From contig CAJTRL010000014.1 in NCBI GenBank assembly GCA_910578715.1, positions 3,876 through 67,875 on the forward strand: a stretch of DNA of 64,000 nt. The letters run 5' to 3'. Positions 56,076 through 64,000 of this stretch are shown here, in pieces (position 1 is the first letter of the stretch; the number at the start of each line of letters is the position of its first letter). The DNA comes from an uncultured Lachnospiraceae bacterium (lineage in GTDB: Bacteria > Bacillota > Clostridia > Lachnospirales > Lachnospiraceae). The translations under genes were made by a program, and so were the position numbers. A model generated the notes under the pieces. That model did not search any database, had not been told where the DNA came from, and worked only from the letters and a program-made list of their open reading frames with translations.

Positions 56076-56777
56076 TCAGCCTCTTGTTTCAAATTTATAG
56101 CCAACGCCCCAGATGGTTGCAATGCGCCATTTTTCATGGTCCTTTATCTTTTCCCGGAGCCGCTTGATATGCACATCGACGGTACGGGTATCGCCGACAT
56201 ATTCATATCCCCATATCTGGTCAAGAAGCTGCTCTCTCGTAAAAACCTGATTGGGAGAAGCCGCGAGATAATAAAGCAGTTCCAGCTCTTTGGGAGGCAT
56301 TTCTACCGTTTGGCCCCTGTAAATGACGGAATAATTGGTCTGATTAACGACAAGGTCCGTATATTCCACGCATTTGGTATCGGAAGCGCCCGGCGCGGCA
56401 ACAGACGGCTTGTAGCGGCGAAGAACCGCCTTGACTCTTGCCACGAGCTCTTTGGAATCAAAAGGCTTTTCCATATAATCATCGGCCCCAAGTTCCAGTC
56501 CCAGCACTTTGTCAAACACTTCTCCTTTGGCGGAGAGCATAATGATGGGCAGAGACGATTTGGTACGGATTTCCCGGCAGACCTGATATCCGTCGATGCC
56601 GGGGAGCATCAGGTCGAGAAGCATCAGGTTTGGCTCGAAACTTTTGACCGCCGCCAGCGCGGATTCTCCGTCGTTGACAATCATCGTTTCAAAACACTCT
56701 TTTGTCAGATAAAGTGAAATCAGTTCGGCGATATTGTTGTCGTCGTCTACAATTAAGATTTTTTGCTTGTTTACCAT
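56076..56777 (-). CDS. OmpR-family response regulator
   Basis: Start at MVNKQKILIVDDD (56777). Winged-helix C-terminus (IWGVGYKF). Confidence 0.9.
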   Translation of the reverse strand: MVNKQKILIVDDDNNIAELISLYLTKECFETMIVNDGESALAAVKSFEPNLMLLDLMLPGIDGYQVCREIRTKSSLPIIMLSAKGEVFDKVLGLELGADDYMEKPFDSKELVARVKAVLRRYKPSVAAPGASDTKCVEYTDLVVNQTNYSVIYRGQTVEMPPKELELLYYLAASPNQVFTREQLLDQIWGYEYVGDTRTVDVHIKRLREKIKDHEKWRIATIWGVGYKFETRG

Positions 56778-56805
56778 TGCTGTGACGGTTCTCCTTTCCT
56801 GTCTG

Positions 56806-57010
56806 GGCAATTGCGAAACGCATTCTTCCAAGATGTAGTTGTACAGAATAGACAAATCACAAGTAGGGTGCTTTGGCGCCGCCGGTGCTTAGACGCCGTA
56901 TTCTGGCGTCTTATGCACCGCTGCGAGCGACAGTGCAGCGAAAGCGTGCCCTACGGTGATTGTCTATTTTGTGCAACGGGAGCATTCGAAAACATAGTTT
57001 CGCAATTGCC
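56806..57010. repeat. 205-bp structured inverted-repeat element
   Basis: Perfect 14-bp termini GGCAATTGCGAAAC / GTTTCGCAATTGCC. Imperfect arms of about 60 bp flank a GC-rich core with several hairpins, including a GCGAAAGC tetraloop hairpin. Confidence 0.55.
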
Positions 57011-57014
57011 TGCC

Positions 57015-59390
57015 TCATTTAAATTCCGCGATGGTGACGCCCGCATCCCCTTCTCCGTATTCTCCGAGGCGGTAGCTTTTTACATATTTACAGCGGCGGA
57101 GGTAATCCTGTACGGCCTTCCGAAGCGCTCCGGTTCCTTTTCCGTGGACAATGCGGACGCTTGGCAGATGCGCAAGATAGGCGTCATCCAGATATTTGTC
57201 GAGCGCGGAAAGCGCTTCGTCCACGGTCTTGCCGAGCAGATTGATTTCCGTCGAAATGGAATAGGATTTCGACATTTTCAGCTTACCTGAACTGCTCCGC
57301 TGCATGGGTGCGGCGGTAGTGACCGTTTCTTCCTCCAGTAAAATCAAATCGTTCAGATTCACCTGGGAGCGGATAATGCCGCATTGCACGAACAGCTTTC
57401 CATGCTTGTCGGGGCGGGTGCTGACGATGCCTGTAAGTCCCATGGAAACGACTTTTACGCGGTCGCCCGGATTAATCTGATTTGGCTTTAACTGTTTATG
57501 GGCCGGGTTTTCCGAAGGTTTCAGGGACAATTTCGCATTTTTCTCAGATATTTTATCCCGTACTTTCTGCCGGGACTGCTCCAAATCTTTCATGGTGGAA
57601 GTTCCGGCTTTCTGGAACGTGCGAATCGTTTCGTCGGCCACATCTTTGGCTTCCTGTAATATCTGCCGTGCCTCTTCGTGGGCCTCCCGCAGAATACGCT
57701 CTTTGGACTGGTCTAATTTTTCCTGTTTGGATTCCAGCCGTTTTCGCAGCGATTTGATTTCTTCTTTATGGGAAGCGATTTCCAGCCGCTCCTTTTCGAT
57801 GATGACGCGGCTGTTTTCCAAATCGGATAACAGGTCTTCAAAACTTTCTTTATCTTCGGTAATGTGCTTCCTGGCGCTTTCGATAATCTCATCGGAGAGC
57901 CCCAGTTTGGAAGAGATGGCAAAGGCGTTGCTTTTGCCGGGAATCCCGATTAATAACCGATAAGTCGGCCGCAGTGTTTCTACATTAAATTCACAACAGG
58001 CGTTTTCCACAAACGGCGTGGAAAGCGCGTAGACTTTCAGCTCGCTGTAATGAGTGGTCGCCATCGTGCGGATGCCCCGCGCGTGCAGATAATCCAGAAT
58101 AGCGGTGGCGAGGGCCGCGCCCTCCGTCGGGTCGGTGCCCGCGCCGAGCTCGTCGAAAAGACAGAGAGAGTCGGCGTCCGCATGCTCCAGAATCGAAACG
58201 ATAGAGGTCATATGGGAAGAAAAGGTGGAAAGATTCTGCTCGATGCTCTGCTCGTCGCCGATATCCGCATAAACTTCCGTAAAAATCGAGAGTTCGGAAC
58301 GGTCGAGCGCCGGAATATGCAGTCCGGCCTGGCCCATCAGCGTCAGGAGCCCCACCGTTTTCAGGGAAACGGTCTTGCCGCCGGTATTCGGCCCGGTGAT
58401 GACCAGCAAATCAAAATCCGTGCCGAGCTCGATATCGATTGGCACGACCTTCTTTTTGTCCAGAAGCGGATGACGCCCTTTGCGGAGTTTTAAATGATGT
58501 TCCGTATTAAACAAAGGCATACTTCCGTTTTGCTCCATAGCGAGGGAGGCTTTGGCGAAAATAAAATCGAGCGTCGTCATTAACTTCTGATTCTGTGTAA
58601 GCGCTTCCGTATGTTCTCCGGCCTGGGCGCTTAAATCCGCAAGGATTCTTTCGATTTCTTCCTGTTCTTTGATATCCAGTTCTTTCAATTCGTTGTTCAG
58701 CGTTACGACGGCGGCCGGCTCAATAAAAAAGGTAGAGCCGGTGGAAGACTGGTCGTGCACCATGCCCGGAACCTGTCCTTTATATTCCGATTTGACCGGA
58801 ATGCAATAGCGGTCGTTCCGCATCGTGATGACGGCATCCTGTAAATAAGTCCGGTAAGAGCCGTTTACCATAGAGGTAAGCTGCGAGTGGATTTTATCGT
58901 TGGTAAGAAGTTTTTTCCGGCGTATCTGTTTCAGGGCCGGACTGGCATCGTCAGCCATTTCCTCCTCCGACAGAATACATCTTCGGATTTCGTTTGCCAG
59001 ATTTGTCAGGGGCTCCAGACCGTTGAAGTACTCGTCAAGCGTATCGGCGGGCGCATCATCCCTGTCGTTTCTCCCGTATGTCTTAATTCTGTTTACATTT
59101 TCCAGCATTGCGGCGATTAGAAGAAGCTCGTGGGAAGAAAGAGCGCTTCCTACCTCCAGTGATTTGACACATCTCCCCAGGTCTTTATTGCCGCCAAAGG
59201 AAGTGGAACCCTTTTTAAAAAGACGGCTCAACGCATCGGCTGTTTCCCTCTGCGCATGCTCGATTTCCTCCTGAACCGTCATCGGCAGCAGCTCCCGGCA
59301 GAGCTTCCGCCCCGGTTCGGAAGTCGCCTTTTCTATCAGGCGCTCAATGATTTTGTTATATTCTAAAACTTGTAATGCTTTGCTGTTCAT
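57015..59390 (-). CDS. mutS2: Endonuclease MutS2
   Basis: 791 aa with Walker A GPNTGGKT, a long coiled-coil and a C-terminal Smr domain (RIVHGKGTGALR). Confidence 0.9.
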   Translation of the reverse strand: MNSKALQVLEYNKIIERLIEKATSEPGRKLCRELLPMTVQEEIEHAQRETADALSRLFKKGSTSFGGNKDLGRCVKSLEVGSALSSHELLLIAAMLENVNRIKTYGRNDRDDAPADTLDEYFNGLEPLTNLANEIRRCILSEEEMADDASPALKQIRRKKLLTNDKIHSQLTSMVNGSYRTYLQDAVITMRNDRYCIPVKSEYKGQVPGMVHDQSSTGSTFFIEPAAVVTLNNELKELDIKEQEEIERILADLSAQAGEHTEALTQNQKLMTTLDFIFAKASLAMEQNGSMPLFNTEHHLKLRKGRHPLLDKKKVVPIDIELGTDFDLLVITGPNTGGKTVSLKTVGLLTLMGQAGLHIPALDRSELSIFTEVYADIGDEQSIEQNLSTFSSHMTSIVSILEHADADSLCLFDELGAGTDPTEGAALATAILDYLHARGIRTMATTHYSELKVYALSTPFVENACCEFNVETLRPTYRLLIGIPGKSNAFAISSKLGLSDEIIESARKHITEDKESFEDLLSDLENSRVIIEKERLEIASHKEEIKSLRKRLESKQEKLDQSKERILREAHEEARQILQEAKDVADETIRTFQKAGTSTMKDLEQSRQKVRDKISEKNAKLSLKPSENPAHKQLKPNQINPGDRVKVVSMGLTGIVSTRPDKHGKLFVQCGIIRSQVNLNDLILLEEETVTTAAPMQRSSSGKLKMSKSYSISTEINLLGKTVDEALSALDKYLDDAYLAHLPSVRIVHGKGTGALRKAVQDYLRRCKYVKSYRLGEYGEGDAGVTIAEFK

Positions 59391-59456
59391 ATAGGACCTC
59401 TTATTTTTATTATAAAGTTATGATTGCTGTTTTATATGATTGTCTGGCGAAACGCG

Positions 59457-59591
59457 GGATGGGGCAGCATGGTTTCCAACGTCACCGCGCTTTCGCTCCG
59501 CTTCGGGTGTAACGGTACTAAGCTCAAAAATACTTCGCTAAGTACCGACACCCTCGAAGGGGTTCCTTTTGGAAACCATGCTGCCCCATCC
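59457..59591. repeat. 135-bp long-hairpin element with 23-bp perfect terminal inverted repeats
   Basis: GGATGGGGCAGCATGGTTTCCAA (59457-59479) pairs with TTGGAAACCATGCTGCCCCATCC (59569-59591). Inner stems are GGGTGT/ACACCC and CGGTACT/AGTACCG. Confidence 0.6.
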
Positions 59592-59706
59592 TTTTATCAG
59601 CCGCGGACGATTCCATTATCATACTCTTCCAGAAATATCATACCATAAAGGTTGTAAATTTACTATGAAAAAGATATACTTAGACATGGTAAGCTGAAAG
59701 AAAGGC

Positions 59707-61101
59707 ATGGACATTGATATGGAAGAGGATGATAAAAAGAAAGCGGAGTCCGGGAATGCGGAAAACATAAAAGAACAGGCGGAATATACGCCTTCGGTGC
59801 AGTCGGATTTTTTGCGGGAAAAGATGAAGCAAAGGCCGGTTAATAAAAAGAAGCTGTTGCGCCGCACGATTGTGACGGCGCTGCTAGCGGTTGTTTTCGG
59901 AATCGTGGCCTGTCTGACGTTTCTGATTCTGGAACCGGTTATCAATAACTGGCTCTACCCGCCGGAGGAGGCAAAAGAGGTACAGTTTCCGGAAGAGACG
60001 ATTATGGAAGAAATGAATCCGGAAGATATGCTGACAGAAGAAGAGCCGGAGGAAAAAGAACCGGTTGAGCTGGAGCTGGAACTGGTGGACGAGAAAATCG
60101 AGGAACTGCTTTCACAGGTAACCTTTGGCCTTGAAGAATACGGCGCGGTATATGATGAACTTTCGGCGCTGGCCAAGAGTGTCAGCCGTTCCCTTGTAAC
60201 CGTGACCGGCGTGACCTCCGATGTAGACTGGTTTAATAATATTTATGAAAGCGAGGCGGTCGCATCGGGCGTGATTGTCGCCAATAACGGACGGGCGATG
60301 CTGGTTCTTGTCAATATGAATAATATTAAAAACGCAGAAAAAATTGTGGTTACTTTTTGCGACCAGACACAGGCAGATGCAAAACTGGTGCAAAAAGATG
60401 ATGCAACAGGATTTGCGATACTGTCGGTGTCCCTGATGGCGATAGGCGAAGAGACGATGGACGTTATTAACATTGCGACGCTCGGAAGCTCAAACACAGG
60501 AAATATGACGGGAATGCCTGTCATGGCGCTCGGGAGTCCGGCAGGGACGAGCGGCTCCGTCTGCTATGGAATTATCACTTCTTCCGGGACGGTAATCGAC
60601 CAGGTGGATTCTGCGTATAAACTGATATATACGGATATGTACGGAAGTAAAAACGCAACGGGCGTGCTCGTTGATTTAAGAGGTATGGTAATCGGAATCA
60701 TCGACAATTCTTATAATGGCAGCGACAGGGGCAATCTGATTTCTGCCTACGGAATTACAGAATTAAAGAGGACGATTACCAAAATGTCGAATAACCAGTA
60801 CCGCGCATATCTGGGCATTCACGGCGCCGACGTACCGCTGGAGGCAATTCTGGAATCCGGCGTGCCCCGCGGCGCGTATATCAAAGAAATAGAAATGGAT
60901 TCTCCGGCTATGATAGCGGGGATTCAGAGCGGAGACGTTATTGTACAGATAGACGATAAGGAAATTGCAACATACAGTGAACTTCTGAATGAATTATATA
61001 ATTCCTCGCCGGAAGATATTATTACCATAACGCTGATGCGGCAGGGAATCGATTCTTTTCAGGAAATGACGGTAACGGTTACCTTATCGAGACGGACATA
61101 A
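59707..61101 (+). CDS. Membrane-anchored trypsin-like serine protease with a PDZ domain (S1C/HtrA-like)
   Basis: TM anchor, acidic linker, protease domain and C-terminal PDZ (GAYIKEIEMDSPAMIAGIQSGDVIV). Start at 59707 or 59719. Confidence 0.8.
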   Translation: MDIDMEEDDKKKAESGNAENIKEQAEYTPSVQSDFLREKMKQRPVNKKKLLRRTIVTALLAVVFGIVACLTFLILEPVINNWLYPPEEAKEVQFPEETIMEEMNPEDMLTEEEPEEKEPVELELELVDEKIEELLSQVTFGLEEYGAVYDELSALAKSVSRSLVTVTGVTSDVDWFNNIYESEAVASGVIVANNGRAMLVLVNMNNIKNAEKIVVTFCDQTQADAKLVQKDDATGFAILSVSLMAIGEETMDVINIATLGSSNTGNMTGMPVMALGSPAGTSGSVCYGIITSSGTVIDQVDSAYKLIYTDMYGSKNATGVLVDLRGMVIGIIDNSYNGSDRGNLISAYGITELKRTITKMSNNQYRAYLGIHGADVPLEAILESGVPRGAYIKEIEMDSPAMIAGIQSGDVIVQIDDKEIATYSELLNELYNSSPEDIITITLMRQGIDSFQEMTVTVTLSRRT

Positions 61102-61138
61102 TGGGTCCTGAGCGCTGGGAAAGGAGCATGGTTTAAAG

Positions 61139-62083
61139 ATGAAATATATCAAAGATTATAAAGAAGGCGACCGGATTTCGGATATTTACCTTTGCAAACA
61201 TAAGCAGTCTGCGGTGACAAAAAATGGGAAGCCTTATGATAACGTTATTTTACAGGACAAAACGGGAACTCTCGATGCGAAAATATGGGACCCCCATAAC
61301 GCGGGAATTGAAGAATTTGACAAACTGGATTACATAGAAGTATATGGTGACGTAAACAGCTTTCAGGGAGCTTTACAGGTTAATGTAAAAAGAATCCGGC
61401 GCTGCCATGAAGGAGAATATAATCCGGCCGATTATCTTCCGGTCAGTAGTAAAAATATAGATGAAATGAAAGAAGAACTGCTGCAATTTATCGACAGTAT
61501 TGAAAATCAATATTTAAAAACCCTTCTACAGGAACTTTTTGTAAAAGATGAAAAATTTGTCAAAGCCTTTACACAGTCCTCGGCGGCCAAGACCGTACAT
61601 CACGGATTTGTAGGCGGACTGCTGGAACATACGTTAAGCGTAACAAAACTGTGTGACTTTTACTGTACGCAATATCCTCTTTTGAACAGAGACTTGCTGC
61701 TCAGCGCCGCAATCTGCCATGATATCGGTAAGACAAGGGAGCTTTCTCTTTTTCCGCAAAATGATTATACCGATGACGGACAGTTTCTTGGGCACATTGT
61801 CATCGGCGTAGAAATGGTGGGAGAAAAAATCCGAAACATCAAAGGCTTCCCGGAAATTCTGGCAAGCGAACTGAAACACTGCATTTTATCCCATCATGGG
61901 GAGTACGAATTTGGTTCCCCGAAAAAACCAGCGATAATGGAAGCGGTTGCATTGAATTTTGCGGATAATACGGACGCTAAGATGCAGACATTTGCGGAGC
62001 TGTTAAATGGCACAACCGAAACGGGATGGCTCGGATTTAACCGGCTGTTTGAATCCAATGTTATGAAAACCAGACTGGAATAA
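61139..62083 (+). CDS. yhaM: 3'-5' exoribonuclease YhaM (OB-fold + HD domain)
   Basis: 314 aa with an N-terminal OB fold and an HD motif (HDIGK ... LSHHG). Confidence 0.85.
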   Translation: MKYIKDYKEGDRISDIYLCKHKQSAVTKNGKPYDNVILQDKTGTLDAKIWDPHNAGIEEFDKLDYIEVYGDVNSFQGALQVNVKRIRRCHEGEYNPADYLPVSSKNIDEMKEELLQFIDSIENQYLKTLLQELFVKDEKFVKAFTQSSAAKTVHHGFVGGLLEHTLSVTKLCDFYCTQYPLLNRDLLLSAAICHDIGKTRELSLFPQNDYTDDGQFLGHIVIGVEMVGEKIRNIKGFPEILASELKHCILSHHGEYEFGSPKKPAIMEAVALNFADNTDAKMQTFAELLNGTTETGWLGFNRLFESNVMKTRLE

Positions 62084-62167
62084 TGTTAATGCGCATTAAT
62101 ACAGGCGTGGAATTTACAGGTGAAAAAGATTTATACTGCCGGAAACAGTATGGAGGATATGCGATAA

Positions 62168-63691
62168 ATGGAATACCGGAAAAATGAAATGGTGACGGTA
62201 CGGATAGACGATATCGGCAATGACGGGGAAGGAATCGGGAAAATAGACGGCTTTACGCTGTTTGTGAAAGATGCAGTTATCGGAGACGTCGTAGAAGCGA
62301 AAATTACAAAAATAAAAAAGAATTACGGATATGCGCGAATGGAAAAAATTATTGCTCCGTCACCTTTCCGTGTGGAGCCCGAATGCGTTTTTCACAGACA
62401 ATGCGGCGGCTGCCAGATTCAGGCAATGGCTTATGAAAGACAGCTTTTGTTCAAACAGGAAAAAATCCGCAATAACCTGATTCGCATCGGCGGTTTTGAC
62501 GCGGGCCTGATTGATAAAATCATGGAGCCGGTTGTTGGGATGGAGCATCCCTGGCATTATCGGAATAAGGCGCAGTTTCCCGTTGGATATGATAAAAACG
62601 GAAATCTCATTACCGGGTTTTATGCGGGCCGCACACATGATATCATTCCGAATACAGATTGCTTACTGGGCACCGTTGAAAATAAAAAGATATTGGAGAC
62701 GGTGCTTTCTTATATGCGGGAAAATAAGGTTTCCGCTTACCGGGAACAGACAGGAGAAGGGCTGGTGCGCCATATCCTGATTCGTACAGGCTTTGCTTCC
62801 GGCGAAATTATGGTATGCCTTGTCATTAACGGGACAACCCTTCCGAAAGAAAAAGAGCTGGTGAAAAAGCTGACGGCGCTTTCGCTGGCTGAGAATGTTT
62901 CTGCAGTTGATAAGGACGGTCGTCCGGGAAATGCGGAAGAAAATAGGAAATGTGATGAGAAGACAGCTGACAGAAAGAAAATTGTGAGCATTTCCGTCAG
63001 CACGAATACGGAGAGAACCAACGTTATTATGGGAAAAGAAATCCGGGTTCTCTGGGGACGCGGATATATTGAGGACAGCATCCGGATTCTTGGAGCGCCG
63101 GAAGAGACCCGCGTAAACTTCAGAATCTCGCCCCTTTCCTTTTACCAGGTTAATCCCGGACAGACAGAAAAGCTGTACAGTCTTGCGCTTGCTTGCGCAG
63201 GGCTGACGGGAAAAGAAACGGTATGGGATTTGTATTGCGGCATTGGGACAATTTCCCTTTTTCTTGCAAGGTATGCCAGAAAAGTATACGGTGTGGAAGT
63301 CGTTCCACAGGCCATAGAGGACGCCAGAGAAAATGCCCGTATCAACGGAATTGACAATGCGGAGTTTTATGTCGGGAAGGCGGAAGAAGTTTTGCCGGAG
63401 CAGTTTGAAAAGGAAGGAATCCGGGCGGATGTGATTGTAGTAGACCCACCGCGGAAAGGCTGTGACGATAAGTGTCTGGAAACGATGCTGGCGATGAAGC
63501 CGGAGAGGATTGTATATGTGAGCTGTGATTCCGCTACGCTGGCACGGGATTTGAAGGTGCTGTGCGGGGGAGGGTATGAGTTAAGGAAGGTGCAGGGGGT
63601 GGATTTGTTTGGGGGGACGGTGCATGTTGAGGTAATAATAATGATGCAGTATAATTCCCAACAAGTTGGGATGGGAAAAGAGAAGAATTAA
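62168..63691 (+). CDS. 23S rRNA (uracil-5-)-methyltransferase, RumA/RlmCD family
   Basis: TRAM domain, Cys cluster (C..CGGCQ), SAM fold (DLYCGIGT) and catalytic VYVSCD. Confidence 0.85.
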   Translation: MEYRKNEMVTVRIDDIGNDGEGIGKIDGFTLFVKDAVIGDVVEAKITKIKKNYGYARMEKIIAPSPFRVEPECVFHRQCGGCQIQAMAYERQLLFKQEKIRNNLIRIGGFDAGLIDKIMEPVVGMEHPWHYRNKAQFPVGYDKNGNLITGFYAGRTHDIIPNTDCLLGTVENKKILETVLSYMRENKVSAYREQTGEGLVRHILIRTGFASGEIMVCLVINGTTLPKEKELVKKLTALSLAENVSAVDKDGRPGNAEENRKCDEKTADRKKIVSISVSTNTERTNVIMGKEIRVLWGRGYIEDSIRILGAPEETRVNFRISPLSFYQVNPGQTEKLYSLALACAGLTGKETVWDLYCGIGTISLFLARYARKVYGVEVVPQAIEDARENARINGIDNAEFYVGKAEEVLPEQFEKEGIRADVIVVDPPRKGCDDKCLETMLAMKPERIVYVSCDSATLARDLKVLCGGGYELRKVQGVDLFGGTVHVEVIIMMQYNSQQVGMGKEKN

Positions 63692-63945
63692 GGGGTTTAA
63701 ACCACAAGATGTTGTGGTTAAAGGCAGACTTGTCTGCCTTGGGCAAAAATTGGAGCGAAAATCGACCAGTTTTTGCCCTATTTTTTTGCCCGTTTTTATA
63801 GATGTATAGTGCTTGCCCAAAGGCTGACCCGTGCAAAGTATACCGCAAAAAGCGCAATCTGTACCATTTCAGTAGAAAAAAAAAGTGATTTTCCTTTATA
63901 ATCAAATAACTGTCCGTACACAGCACTGACGAGGAGGTATACTTA

Positions 63946-64000
63946 TGGATGAACAACGTGCATGGTTGAGAGCAAGAAGGAAAAGGCGCCTGCGCATATT
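63946..64000 (+). CDS. 5' end of an ORF running off the window (MDEQRAWLRARRKRRLRI...)
   Basis: GAGGAGG lies 7 nt upstream of ATG 63946. Only 18 codons are visible. Confidence 0.3.

Noticed and set aside
56806-57010. Identification of the two structured elements (56806-57010, 59457-59591) as 6S RNA, SRP RNA, a riboswitch or a group II intron remnant
   Set aside because: I could not find the conserved SRP motif (GGAAGCAGCC-type), intron domain V features or any riboswitch core I recognise. A covariance-model scan is needed.

Overview
The gene content and Shine-Dalgarno usage look like a Clostridia (Lachnospiraceae-like) chromosome. Most of the window is ordinary. It holds three GNAT acetyltransferases, an MBL hydrolase, an OmpR/histidine-kinase pair with an ABC-2 exporter, and an MFS transporter. 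It also holds a cellobiose phosphorylase + LacI + sugar ABC uptake locus, a MoxR-DUF58-DUF4129 operon, and an AraC-galK-galT locus. Housekeeping genes include rdgB, yfcE-like, nth, mutS2, trmL, yhaM and a RumA-type methyltransferase.

The stand-out is an AT-richer insert of about 10.9 kb (about 26.24-37.19 kb). It lies between a terminated housekeeping operon and a tRNA-Pro(TGG)/tRNA-Gly(TCC) pair that has its own perfect sigma-70 promoter. The insert carries an IS30-family transposase and a one-strand gene train with inovirus (filamentous phage) architecture: a Zot/pI-type assembly ATPase, pVI- and pIII-position proteins, and a 53-aa protein with a textbook major-coat layout. There is no secretin.

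The replication module of this insert is a CRESS-DNA-virus-type Rep (HUH endonuclease + SF3 helicase, all motifs readable). Upstream of rep sit iterons and a perfect 13-bp stem-loop whose loop reads TCCAGTATTAC on the rep strand, which matches the circovirus-type nonanucleotide. I consider this chimeric inovirus/CRESS-Rep element the most interesting system here. I cannot tell from sequence alone whether this combination is already described.

Secondary observations:
- a 54-aa Asn/Gln-rich gene that the ORF track missed
- a leader-peptide attenuator candidate upstream of the MFS gene
- an over-represented AGAAAGG-C-ATGG translation-start context
- two long structured inverted-repeat elements flanking mutS2
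- several repeats and an in-frame TAG inside the prophage

No CRISPR array and no rRNA were seen.
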